A stretch of 64,000 nt of DNA from Okamejei kenojei (GCA_035221665.1 JAVHYY010000238.1:1-64000); one strand, 5' to 3'. Shown: positions 13,225 through 24,754, counted from the stretch's first letter. The notes: generated by a model not told the origin, from the letters alone. A program made the numbers and translations.

Positions 13225-13625
13225 AGTCTGAAGAAGGGTCTCGACCCAAAACGTCACCCATTCCTTCTACCAGAGATGTTGTCTGACTTGCTGAGTTACT
13301 CCCAGCATTTTATGTCCAGCATCAGCAGTTCTTTGTTTTCATATTCTACCCATTCTACACCCCCCCACTCTCAATTCCTCCCGTCTGCACCGCATCTGCA
13401 CACAGGGTTGAGGTGTTCCAGACCAGGGCATCGGAAATGTCCTCATTCTTTAGGGAACAGGGGTTCCCCTTTGTGATTTACAGATGAGGTTCCCACCAGG
13501 GTCTCCTCTATATCCGGCAGCTCCGCTCTCACTCCCCATCCCCCTACTCGTAACAAGGACAGAGTCCCCCTTGTCCTCACCTTCCACCCTACCAGCCAAA
13601 TCGCTGTGCCCCCACCTTCATCTCC
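13225..13625 (+). mobile_element. Penelope-like element fragments (pLTR with degenerate hammerhead motif, plus coding remnant)
   Basis: CTGAAGAAGGGTCTCGACCCAAAACGTC at 13228-13255; RVPLVLTFHP-type remnant at ~13560. Confidence 0.7.
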
Positions 13626-13854
13626 TTTCCCCATTTTGTGCTGACATTTGATACAGTAATATTTAAATGACGTAGGTAAGAACTACAGATGCTGGTTTAC
13701 ATCAAAGATAGATTAAAAAAAAAACAGTTAGGTGAATAGGTGACATTTGGGTCCAGAACCCTTCTTTGACTCAAGTCTGTTGCCATCTGTAAAACATATG
13801 TCATGTTTCAAAGGTAGACTCCAAAAATATATTGGACAATTGCCAGAAAGTATT

Positions 13855-14148
13855 AGTTTGGAGGTACAGTGCAGAAACAGGCCCTTCAGCCCCACTGAGG
13901 TCCCGTGCCCCGACCAGCGATCACCCGCCACACACTAATACTAGCCCACGCACTAGGGAGAATTTACCATTTTACCAAAGCCAATTAAGCTACAAACATG
14001 GTACATATTGGATAGTGGGAGGAAAAAACCAGAGGCCCCAGAAAAAACCCACTCAGTCATGGGCCCAACGTACAACAGGACCCGTAGTCGAGAATCGAAC
14101 CTGGGTCTCTGGTGCTGTGATCTGCAGCAACTCTACCGCCATGCCATC
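13855..14148 (-). mobile_element. tRNA-derived V-SINE (HE1-like)
   Basis: Minus-strand GCGGTAGAGTTGCTGC (A box) and GGTTCGATTC (B box). Same family as other copies in the window. Confidence 0.75.
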
Positions 14149-16017
14149 CCTGAATGTATCCAACTGTAAATCCTTGGTGTTGTACCATGAATGAGCTTCC
14201 AATTACACAGAGTGTAATTCTCTGTTTTAATTGCTCAAGCTAAATTAAAACATGGCCTCAATATCTTATGGACAAGTAGTGAAAATTGCCATGAAATTTC
14301 CCATTGCTCTGGCAGGAAGTAAAATTATATTTCATTGCCTAGCCAACGTCTTACCTAGTTTGAGTCAAGGTTTTAGCCGAGTGTCTCAGCTATTATCAAA
14401 AGCTTGCATCCACTTAGAAATTGTAAGTAGAGGTGATCTTCGTCTGTCTCTAACAACCATGGACCTGATATTGAAAAACTTCTGAAACTGCATCAGCCAC
14501 AAAGATCTCACTGAATAAATACAGTAAAAAAGCTAATATATATTTGTTTTTATTTTGCCAAAGGATTTTATTTTTTTGGAAGTACAAAAGGAATCATTTT
14601 TTAAAGGTTATTCATTTTCTGGGTGTCCATGGAAGTTTTTTGTCATGCAGCTATATCAGAAAATTAATGTATGATTTATAAATGGTCGTTTTATTGAACC
14701 CACAAAATATTTTTGATGTTTGTGGAATAGATAAAAGAGAATATATGTGCAATTAATAGACACTGATATTTTTATGGAAGGTATTATAATTATTGAAGTA
14801 ACCTTTTTTTTCTGCTAATAATGTTGGGGGGGGCACAGAAAAATTAAAAGATCCCAAGGGGGCCATAAGTTAAAAAAGGTTGGGAACCACTGTCCTAACT
14901 GATACAATAGGTAATGGCACAATATGTACTAGCATGTATGGAATTCCTATTTTCATTTGTGAAATGTTCCTGAACACTCCAGAGCAAACGGCGTCATCTC
15001 GCCTCACGCCAACACCGAGTCTCGGCGGCGTGTGGCCAACCTTCAGCCGTGGCGAGAACAAGCGGCAAAGAGGAACCATGACTGAAACCGGAGCAGTGAA
15101 CGCCGCGTCCCGGCCCGCCGTTTCCTTGGAGACAATAACACGCTAAGATACTCAAGCAAATTTATATTCTAACTGATACAATTGGTAGTGGCACAATATT
15201 GAATAGCATGTTTGGCACTTCTATTTTAATTTGTGAATTGTTCACAAAACTATAAATCACACATAAGGCCACACAGTGTAGGCTAAAAAGAAATGTGTAC
15301 TTGTAAGTAGGAACATCCATTTAAAACTTCCTCAAGCATAATTTTAGACAATATTTAACTTATTTAATGAAACTTCAAAAATCAACCCCATGATTTTCTT
15401 TTGGTAGACTGAGGTTTCGTTTTTGGTAGATGTGTATCACATCTATGTTAAATGATCATTAGCGTATAAATGCTGATTTATTTACATTTATATGCTAAAT
15501 TCATTTCTCTAGTATCTTTGATTCTCAGTCCCACACCCCTACTTCCGCCTCTGACCGACACCTCCCTCCTCCAATGATCACACTTAATTATCATGTCCCG
15601 CCCCCATTGCCTGCTGACCGACGTCACTCTCGCCTAATCGGCGTCCTCGATCATCAGTCCCACCCCCACTGTCTCGCGGAAAGTGGAGATTTCATCTGGT
15701 TTTAAAATCCGGATATAAAAAATGAAGGGGAACGTCCCTCATCCCTCAAAACGGGGGGTGGGTGGGGCGGAGAGAGGGGAAAAATGGGGGGAGAAGGGGG
15801 TGCAAGAACGGGGGAGAAGGGTGGGGGGAGGGAGAAAGGGGGAGACACTTTTAAGAAGCCAAACAACTTTAAATGTCAGAGATACAGAGCTGTGAAGTTT
15901 TACCGGCCGATTTTCCTTGGTTCTGAAAAGGGGGGGGGGGATATTGCGGGGGGAGAAGATTAGGGGGAGGGGAGAAAGGGGGGGGAACATTTTTTGAGAC
16001 TACTCTTCTTCAGACCT

Positions 16018-16585
16018 GAAACATCGCCTATCCACATTGACCAGAAATGGTGTCTGACCCACTGAGTTACTCCAGCATTGTGAAACATCACCTATCCACG
16101 TTCTCCACAGATACTGCCTGACCAATTGTTACTCCAGCACTCTGTGAAACATCACTTGTCCATGTTCTCTACAGATACTGCATGACCCGCTGAGTTACTC
16201 CAGCACCCTGTGAAACATCAATTATCCATGTTCTCCACAGATGCTGCCTGACCCACTGAGTTACTCCACCGCCCGGTAAAACATCACTTATCCATGTTCT
16301 CCACAGATGCTGCCAGACCCGCTGAGTTACTCCAGCCCCCCGTGAACCATCAATTATCCATGTTCTCCACAGATGCTGCCTGACCCGCTGAGTTACTCCA
16401 GCACTCTGTGAAACATCACCTATCCACGTTCTCCACAGATACTGCCTGACCAACTGTTACTCCAGCACTCTGTGAAACATCACTTATCCATGTTCTCCAC
16501 AGACGCTGCCTGACCCACTGAGTTACTCCACCACCCGATAAAACATCACTTATCCACGGGTTCTCCACAGATGCTGCCTCCAGCA
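16018..16585 (+). repeat. ~65-bp tandem array (~9 units) derived from the Penelope pLTR
   Basis: Unit GAAACATCACCTATCCATGTTCTCCACAGATGCTGCCTGACCCGCTGAGTTACTCCAGCACTCTGT. Confidence 0.9.
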
Positions 16586-16779
16586 CTTTGTGACTTTTTG
16601 TGTTTGAACCAGCATCTGCAGTTCCTTGTGTCTGCCAAAGATAGGCACAAAGGGCTGGGGAAAAAATATGGGCAACGTTTCAGGTCAGGACACTTGGCTA
16701 CTTGTCAAACATGCATCGAGTTGAGAAATGTCATTCTCTGATTTTAGTTAACTATCCAACAACCTAGCTCCCTTTTATT

Positions 16780-17860
16780 GATAGCGGTATGAATATTGAT
16801 TTATCTAACTCCAAGTAACCCTTACATCCCATCTCTCTCCATTCCACCCCACCCAAGTCACACCAGCTTCAAAGTCATCCTATTGAGTCGCACTGTCTGT
16901 AACGTGATTTCACGGAGCCCACAGCTAACAATGGCCTTTCCTTCAACATCATCATTTTTTGCATATCCATAGCATCTGCTTTGTTCTGTCATTTTCTCAC
17001 CTCACCCTTCCATATCTCTAGTCTCCCTCTTCCCTGACTCAGTCTGAAGAGTCTCGACCTAAAACATCACCCTTTCCTTTTTCTCCAGCGATGCTGTCTG
17101 ACTTGCTGACTTATTCCAGCTTTTTGTGTCTCTCCCCTTTTTTATCCCTCTCTCTTCCCTGTGCCTGACCTGAACGGGACCAGTTTCCCCGTTTTCCCCT
17201 TCACTTTAATCAATATCCCTTTCTCTGGCTTCACATTCTGCTCATCTTCTCTCACAGCCTTTCCTGTTCTTCCCATCTCTGGCCTTTGTCCACCCATCTG
17301 CCAATCACCCCGCTCCCCCTCACCTGCATCCATCTATTACTTAAAGATGGACACAAAATGCTGGAGTAACTCAGTGGGACAGACAGGCAGCGTCTCTGGA
17401 TAGAAGGAATGGGTGACGTTTCAGGTTGAGACCCTTCTTCAGAATGGTTAGGGATAAGGGAAACGAGAGATATAGACGATGATGTGGAGAGATAAAGAAC
17501 AATGAATGAAAGATTTTCATAAAAGTGATGATGATAAAGGAAACAGGCCATTGTTAGCTGTTTGTTGGGTGTAAACGAGAAGCTAGTGCAACTAGCTTGG
17601 GACAGGCATAGCGAGAGAGGGAATGCCGAGACTACCTGAAGTGAGAGAAATCAATATTCCTACCATTGCGAAATGATCGCCCAGTCTGCGTTTGGTCTCG
17701 CCGATGTATAAGAGTCCACATCTTGAACAACGGAAACAGTAGATGAGGTTGGAGGAGGTGCAAGTGAGCCTTTGTCCCACCCTCACCTCCCTTCCAGCTT
17801 CCCTCCCCAACTACAATCAGACTGAAGAAGGGTCCCCACCCAAAACCTCACCAATCCATG
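16780..17860. mobile_element. Cluster of Penelope-like fragments in both orientations
   Basis: pLTR motifs at 17043, 17415-17442 (minus) and 17822; GIY-YIG remnant CTSSNLIYCFRCSRCGLLYIGETKRRLGDHF on the minus strand. Confidence 0.8.
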
Positions 17861-17881
17861 CACTTGCATTAAACATTATAC

Positions 17882-18085
17882 CAGTGACTCCAACTCTCCC
17901 GCTTTCGGCGGGAGATCGCCCGCTGAAAGGGCATTTTCGGAAAATCTCCCGCTCTCCCGCTTGCGATATAATTTCACCCCGCCCGGGCAGGTGAAATTAT
18001 ACGCAAGCGGGAGAGCGGGAGATTTTCCGAAAATGCCCTTTCAGCGGGCGATCTCCCGCCGAAAGCGGGAGAGTTGGAGTCACTG
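17882..18085. mobile_element. 204-bp palindromic MITE with 6-bp TSD
   Basis: CAGTGACTCCAACTCTCCCGC...GCGGGAGAGTTGGAGTCACTG with ~95-bp near-perfect arms; TTATAC at 17876-17881 and 18086-18091. Confidence 0.9.
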
Positions 18086-18899
18086 TTATACCCAATATTA
18101 CACTGTGGATGGCTCGATTGTAGGTCCCCTACACCTCTCCCTGTCTCACACTCTGTAACAGGCCAAAAGTTTATATCACCAGAGGTAAGCAATGTTCATC
18201 ATTGAAGGCTAAAATGGCTTCAAATAGTGAAGATTGGTGAAGAATAGTCTGAAACAAAATGTAACATTGTTTGCGATCAAAAAAGTATGTTGTGCACAGT
18301 GTGTATAATAATTGCCCTTTTTCTTCTGCAACATTAGTGACGGCTGCATTAGAAAAAGGTGGCAGTGTTCACTAGGAATTGACCACAATTTAATCAATGG
18401 ATCTTATTTTGTACAGCTAATCCATTATTTGTCAGTCATACCTTGCAGTACGAATCTTCAGTCTCTTCATAAAGGCAAGAGTGGGCATGTTGCTATTGAA
18501 ACTCCTTAGAGGAAAGACCCTTGTAGGAAAGGAAACATTTCCTAATCCAATCAAATCCATTAAACAAATAAAATGAACAAACGATATTGCCAAGTGCAGG
18601 AACTATCTTTGAAGTAGTGGGGAGGTGTCCAACTGCCCTACGGCTACAGATATGCATGGAGACAAGTATAATTTCTTATCATTTCTGGAGATGGTTGGCA
18701 TTTTCTTTCATTATTGATATACAACATGAATTCTGAAGAATTCCAAAGAACACAGTGAGGTCAGGAAAAACTGGGAAGATGTTGATTGTCTGATCCTCGA
18801 CAGGGCCAAGGAGGGCTTATGTTAGGAAGACTTCTCCATCCGTTTCTCACCATGGATTGCTGACCTGCTGTATCTACCGGCATTTTTGGAGGGGAATGA

Positions 18900-19190
18900 A
18901 GAATAGACAATAGGTGCAGGAGTAGGCCATTTGGCCCTTCGAGCCAGCACCACCATTCAATGTGATCATGGCTGATCATCCCCAATCAGTACCCCGTTCC
19001 TGCCTTCTCCCCATATCCCGACACCACTATCTTTAAGAGTCCTATCAAGTTCTCTCTTAAAAGTATCCAGAGAACTGGCCTCCACCGCCCTCTGAGGCAG
19101 AGAATTCCACAGACTCACAACTCTTGTGTAAAAAAGTGTTTCCTCATCTTCGTTCTAAATGGCTTACCCCTTATTATTAAACGTGGCGAG
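18900..19190 (-). mobile_element. CR1 3' end
   Basis: Reverse complement of the CR1 3' UTR (GGTGCAGGAGTAGGCCATT..GATCATGGCTGATCATCC). Confidence 0.85.
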
Positions 19191-19789
19191 TATGAACCCT
19201 TTTTTGGACTGATGGAGTCGGGGGAGAAAGCTGTACAAAAGAGATGGTGTTGTGACAGGCTCCGGGACTTGATTAGGAGGAGCGGGGGGGGAGGGGGCGG
19301 GGGGGAAGTGTCTCCTTAATTTGGAGAATTTAATGCTCATGTCATTGGGCTTTAAGCAATGAGGTGCTGTTCTTCCAGTTTGCGTGTCACCTAACTCTGG
19401 CAATGGAGGGCCCAGGACAGAAAGATCAGTGTGGGAGTGGGAAGGGGTTAAAATGGTTGGCAACCGGGAGATCCAGCAGGCCTTGGCAGACCGAGCGCAA
19501 ATGTCGGTGAAATGCTGGAGTAACTCAGCGGGACAGGTAGCATCTCTAGAGAGAAGGAAATTGTGATGTTTCAGGTTGAGACCCTTATTCAGCATCTGTG
19601 GAGAACATGTATCGGTGACATTTTGGGTCGGGACCCTTCTTCAGATTGACACTGTTAACAGATGAGGGGGTGATCAGCAGGTGAGTGAAGTGACAGAGGC
19701 GAGAGAAAATAAAGAGATAAAAGGGTGTGAGATAAGGAGAGAGAAATGTATATGTGCAGCTTTAAGGGGAAGTTGGCAGGCGGCCTCAG

Positions 19790-20120
19790 GATGGGGCAGC
19801 GAGTGCGGCTGGCGGTCCCCGGCTCGTCGGGGAACGGGATCCTCGGGAGTTGGAGCGAGGTTGGGCTTGGGTTGGCACTTCTTCTCCGCGCTGGTTGTGG
19901 GCCTGGCGCTGCCGCTGCTCCGGGCCGGTGTCCCGTCGGTTCTGGGACGCCTCGGACATCTCTGGCCGCCCCCCCCCCCTCCCCCCGGGCGTGAATGGGA
20001 CACTCGGAGGGACGGGGGCGGTCCAGTGACGGTTCGGCAGCGCTTGCGGTGCCGGGGACCCGGGTTTGAACCTGGCTGCGGATGAGGTGCGGGTCTGTGT
20101 GCGCGCAGCAGCGCAGCTGC
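19790..20120 (-). promoter_or_regulatory. CpG island, candidate promoter/first exon of the left-hand gene
   Basis: High GC and CpG density in non-repeat sequence; minus-strand ATG (MSEASQNRRD..) near 19960. Confidence 0.5.
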
Positions 20121-20229
20121 AGAGAATGTCTCTCCCTCTGTCACCCTCTCGCATCTGCCCCCCCTCTCTCTCTGTTATACCTCACTCTCCTACTACCTGG
20201 CAGCCCCGCTCCTCAGATTAAAAATATTT

Positions 20230-22220
20230 TTACAAATAAGTTATGAATAGGAATAGAAAATTAAGGAAGAGGAGAGACAGTAGGCTGTGGGAGAGCTGGG
20301 AAGGGGAGGAGAAGGAGCGAGAAAGCAAGGACTACCTGAAATTGGAGAAGGAAATGTTCATACCGCTGGGGTGCAAGCGAAATATGAGGTGCTCCTCTAA
20401 TTTACAATGGGACTCACTCTGGCCATGGAGGAGGCCCAGGGAAGAAAGGTCGGATTCAGAATGTGAGGGGGAGTTGAAGTGCTGGGCCACTGGGAGGTCA
20501 GGTTGGTTAGTGCGAACTGAGCGGAAGTGTGAGGCGAAGTGATCGCCAAGCCTACGCTTGGTCTCACCGATGTAGACCAGCTGACACCTAGAGCAGCGGA
20601 TGCAATAGATGAGGTTGGAGAAAGTGCAAGTGAACCTCTGCCTCACCTGGAAAGACCGCTTGGGTCCTTGGATGGAGTCAAGGGGGAGTTAAAGCGACAA
20701 GTGCAGCATTTCTTGCGGTTGTAAGGGAAAGTACCAGGGGAGGGGGTGGGTAGGGACGAATTGACCAGGGAGTTACGGAGGAGTGGTCTTTGCGGAAAGC
20801 CAAAAGGGGAGGAGATGGGAAGATGGTTACCAAACTCGCAGAACTGGGTCTCTGCATCCCTCTGCAAATGGATCCTCGACTTCCTCATTCACAGACCACA
20901 CTCTGTTTGTATTGGTGGAAATGTGTCAATCTCGATAACAATCAGCACGGGAGCACCTCAAGGCTGCGTGCTCAGCCCCCTGCTGTACTCACTCTATACT
21001 CATGACTGCGTAGCTGGTCATAGTGCGAACTCCATCATCATGTTCGCTGACGAAACCACTGTTGTGGGACGTATCACTGATGGGGATGAGTCAGAGTATA
21101 GAAGAGAGATCGAGCGACTGTCCATATGGTGCCAGCACAACAGCCTGGCCCTCAACACCAGCAAAGCCAAGCAACTGATTGTGGACTTTGGAAGGAGTAG
21201 GATGGGGACCGACAGTCCTGTTTATATCAATGGGTCGATGGTTGAAAGGATCAAGAGCTTCAAATTCCTGGGCGTGTACATCTGTGAAGATCTTTCCTGG
21301 TCTGAGAACACAGATGCAATTATTAAGAAAGCTCATCAGCGCCTCTGCTTCCTGAGAAGATTACGGAGGGTCGGTCTGTCAAGGAGGACTCTCTCTAACT
21401 TCTACAGGTGCACAGTAGAGAGCTTGCTGACCGGTTGCATTGTGGCTAGGTTCGGCAACTTGAGTGCCCTGGAGTTCATCGGCTCCGACCTTCCTTCCAT
21501 CGAGGGGATCTACCACAGTCACTGTCTCAAAAAGGCTGGCAGCATCATCAAGGATCCACACCACCCTGGCCACACACTCATCTCCCTGCTACCTTCGGGT
21601 AGAAGGTACAGGAGCCTGAGAACTGCAACGACCCAGTTCAGGAATAGCTACTTTCCCACAACCATCAGGCTATTAAACTTGGCTCGGTCAAAACTCTGAA
21701 CATTAATACCCCTCCATCTGTTATTTGCACTTTATTTATTTATTAATTAATGTGTGTATTTACGTATATAACTGTAGTCAATGCCTACTATGTTATGTTG
21801 TGCTATGCAAAGAAAGAATTTCATTGTCAGGGACACATGACAATAAACTTTTTTGACACTTTTGACTCTTTGAGATGTGTCCAGTGGTGGGATCCTGTTG
21901 GAGGTGGCGAAAATGTCAGAGGATTATCTGTTGTATGTGACGGCTGGTGGGGTGGAAGGTAAGGACGAGGGACTCTGTCATTGTTACGAGTGGGGGGGAT
22001 GGGGAATGAGAGCAGAGCTACGGGATATAGAGGAGACCCTGTTGAGAGCCTCATCTATAGTCCAGAGGGGAACCCCCTTTCTCTAAAGAATGAGGACATC
22101 TCCGATGCCCTGGGTGCAGATGCGGCAGGAATTGGGTGTAGGGGATAGAGTCCTTACAGAAAGCAGGGTGGGAAGAAGTGTAGTGCAGATAGCGATGGGA
22201 GTCAGTGGGTTTGTAGTAGA
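20230..22220 (-). mobile_element. Neptune-type Penelope-like element interrupted by a Rex1 LINE
   Basis: GIY-YIG ORF 20332-20646 (FTCTFSNLIYCIRCSRCQLVYIGETKRRLGDHF). The sequence resumes after ~21871; AGATG flanks the insert. Confidence 0.85.
20826..21871 (+). mobile_element. Rex1/Babar LINE, 5'-truncated, open RT C-terminal frame
   Basis: [40 protein letters not shown] (FADD changed to FADE)..SFKFLG..LPSGRRYRS; (TTTGAC)n-like tail. Confidence 0.9.
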
Positions 22221-22900
22221 GAATCCTGAGGCAGAGAATTCCACAGATTTACAACTCTCTGTGTGAAAAAGTTTTTCTTCATCTCAGTCCCAAATGGCCT
22301 AACCCTTATTCTTAAACTGTGACTCCTGGTTGTGGATTCCACCAACATCAGGGCCATGTTTTCTGCATCTTCCCTGTCCAATCCTTTAATAATTTTATAT
22401 GTTTCTACAAGATCCCCTCTCTAAATTCCAGCAAATACAAGCCCAGTCGACCCATTTTTTCATTATATGTCAGTCCCGCCATCCCGGGAATTAACCTGTT
22501 TAAGAAAGACCTGCAGATGCTGGAAAATTCGAAGGTAGACAAAAATGCTGGAGAAACTCAGCTGGTGAGGCAGCATCTATGAAGCGAAGGAATTCCTTTG
22601 TTCCATAGATGCTGCCTCACCTGCTGAGTTTCTCCAGCATTTTTGTCTACCTGCGGCAATTAACCCTGGTGAACCTACGCTGCACTCCCTCAATAAATAG
22701 AATGTCCTTCCTCAAATTAAGAGACCAAAATTGCACAAAATACTCCAGGTGTGGTCTCACCAGGAACCTGTACAACTGCAGTAGGATCTCCTTGCTCCTA
22801 AACTCAAATCCTCTCGCAATGAAGGCCAACATGCCATTAGCTTTCTTTACTGCCAGCTGTACCTGCATGTATACTTTCAGTGACTGTTGTACAGGGGCAC
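22220..22900 (-). mobile_element. CR1 3' fragment containing a palindromic pLTR-derived insert (~22497-22657)
   Basis: AVKKANGMLAFIARGFEFRS..VRPHLEY on the minus strand. The insert has inverted arms AGGTAGACAAAAATGCTGGAGAAACTCAGC and is flanked by AATTAACC. Confidence 0.8.
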
Positions 22901-22985
22901 CCACCTCCCATTCTCCTAAGGGTTACATAAAAAGCTGGAGAAACTCAGCGGGTGCAGCAGCATCTAAGAGGCGAAGGAGATAGGC

Positions 22986-23013
22986 GACGTTTCGGGTCGA
23001 GACCCTTCTTCAG
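22986..23013 (-). ncRNA. Minimal hammerhead ribozyme motif
   Basis: Reverse complement reads CTGAAGA-A-GGGTC-TC-GACCC-GAAACGTC: intact CUGANGA and GAAA cores with a GUC triplet. Confidence 0.7.
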
Positions 23014-23144
23014 ACTGGTCAGGGATCAGGGAAACGGGAGATATAGACAGTGATGTGGAGAGATAAAGAACAATGAATGAAAGATATGCAAAAAAGTATC
23101 GATGATACTCTCCCCATTCCCCCACTCGCAAACAGGGCAGAGAC

Positions 23145-23756
23145 CCCCTGGTCCTCACCTTTCACCCCATCAGCCGGCAAATACAACAGATAGTCCTCCG
23201 CCAGTTTCGCCACCTCCAACGTGACACCTCCACCCGCCACATCTTCCCATCTCCCCCCCTGTCTGCCTTCCGCAAAGACCGCTCCCTCCGCAACTCCCTT
23301 GTCAATTCTTCCCTCCCCTCCCGCTCTACCCCTTCCCCGGGCACTTTCCCTTGCAACCGCAAGAAATGCAACACTTGTCCCTTCACCTCCCCCCTCCACT
23401 CCTTTCAGGGACCCAAGCAGTCCTTCCAGGTCCGACAGAGGTTCACCTGCACCTCCTCCAACCTCATCTACTGCATCCGCTGCTCCAGATGCCAGATGAT
23501 CTATATCGGTGAGACCAAGCGGAGGCTTGGCGATCGTTTCGCCGAACACCTCCGCGCGGTCCACAAAAACCAACCCGACCTCCCGGTGGCTCAGCACTTC
23601 AACTCCCCCTCCCATTCCGTATCCGACCTCTCGGTCCTGGGCCTCCTCCACGGCCAGAGTGAGCAACACCGCAAGTTGGAGGAACAGCACCTCATATTCC
23701 GCTTGGGGAGTCTGCATCCTTTGGGCTTGAACATTGAATGTTCTCAATTCTGTTAG
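23145..23756 (+). CDS. Penelope-like ORF C-terminus: Cys-rich linker and GIY-YIG endonuclease (5'-truncated, no start codon)
   Basis: Open frame PLVLTFHP..FPCNRKKCNTC..RFTCTSSNLIYCIRCSRCQMIYIGETKRRLGDRFAEH..VAQHFN..EEQHLIFRLGSLHPLGLN. Confidence 0.85.
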   Translation, partial: PLVLTFHPISRQIQQIVLRQFRHLQRDTSTRHIFPSPPLSAFRKDRSLRNSLVNSSLPSRSTPSPGTFPCNRKKCNTCPFTSPLHSFQGPKQSFQVRQRFTCTSSNLIYCIRCSRCQMIYIGETKRRLGDRFAEHLRAVHKNQPDLPVAQHFNSPSHSVSDLSVLGLLHGQSEQHRKLEEQHLIFRLGSLHPLGLNIECSQFC

Positions 23757-23992
23757 CCCTTGCTGTCTCCTCCCCCTCCCACCTCTCCCTCAGCCCTCGG
23801 GCCCTGGCATTCCCTCTATCTCTATCTCCCTCCCCCACCCTAGTCGCACTAGCTTCTCATTTTCACACCACAAACAGCTTACAATGGCTTGTTCCCTTTA
23901 TCATAGATACTTTTTTGCATATCTTTCATTCATTGTTCTTTATCTCTCCACATCACTGTCTATATCTCCCGTTTCCCTGATCCCTGACCTGT

Positions 23993-24020
23993 CTGAAGAA
24001 GGGTCTCGACCCGAAACGTC
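23993..24020 (+). ncRNA. Minimal hammerhead ribozyme motif
   Basis: CTGAAGAAGGGTCTCGACCCGAAACGTC. Confidence 0.7.
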
Positions 24021-24754
24021 GCCTATCTCCTTCGCCTCTTAGATGCTGCTGCACCCACTGAGTTTCTCCAGCTTTTTGTGTAACCCTCGATTCTCCAGCA
24101 TCTGCAGTTTCTTCGTTAACACTCCCATTCTCCTAATATTGGCTCATTACCGCTCCGTGTACCGAGATACAGGTGTCAGGGGTTATGGGGAGAAGGGAGG
24201 CAAATGGAGTTAGGAGGAAGAGATAGATCAGCCATGATTGAATGGCGGAGTGGACTTGATGGGCCAAATGGCCTTATTCTGCTGCTATCACTTTTGACCT
24301 TATACAGGTAGAAACCTTGTCTCCGCACTTGAGTCACACAGGTCTTACACTCAACATTATTCTCTTCATCCCGTGTCCGTACACTGTGGACGCGTCGATT
24401 GTAATCACGTGTTGCCTTTCTGACGACTGGTTAGCAGCAACAACAAAGCTTTTCCCTGAACCTCGGTACACGTGACAATAACCTAAACCCTGCCGCCGCC
24501 AATGTTGTCCTCAGATCAGTTTCCAGCCCAACAGAAAGTGCCCGGGATCGGCACGAAATGGTGCCAATCAGAAGCGGGGAAAGTGGAGACGAGATACAAG
24601 GATGGATGCAAACTCCAGAATAATCCAGGTACGAACGGTCTCCTTATAAAGGGAGAGCTGGCAGACATGCCCAGTACTTGCTCCCATGGCGCGGAGCTCC
24701 CTCTGTGTGGCCCTGTGAACGATGCCCTCGAGTGTCTGAATCCACTGCAGCTGC

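Larger units (their letters stand above)
5260..19970 (-). pseudogene. Decayed multi-exon gene of unknown identity (helical/coiled-coil product)
   Basis: Non-repeat segments bounded by minus-strand splice signals: 18442-18504 (taag|..|gtatga), 14355-14510 (ttcag|..|gtaaga, two in-frame TGA), ~8983-9085 joined to 7326-7349, 6875-7070 (acag|..|gtgagt), ~6100-6235, 5806-5901, and 5682 to ~5260. A CpG-rich segment at 19790-20120 lies upstream. Exon phases are not fully reconciled. Confidence 0.45.
22920..24121 (+). mobile_element. Young Neptune-type Penelope-like element: inverted pLTR, GIY-YIG coding segment, pLTR; 15-bp TSD
   Basis: TSD CTCCCATTCTCCTAA at 22905-22919 and 24122-24136; 22923-23105 is the inverted copy of ~23900-24085. 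Confidence 0.92.

Noticed and set aside
13228-13255. Additional hammerhead motifs (also ~17043, 17822, 19620, 36231, 55326)
   Set aside because: GAAA core or stem II is mutated; counted as decayed copies.
16018-16585. CRISPR-like array
   Set aside because: Units are contiguous with no unique spacers, derive from a pLTR, and there are no cas genes; the context is eukaryotic.
20746-21699. Intact 317-aa host gene or Penelope-Rex1 fusion protein
   Set aside because: The N-terminus is antisense Penelope sequence run into a 5'-truncated Rex1 RT with FADE at the catalytic motif.
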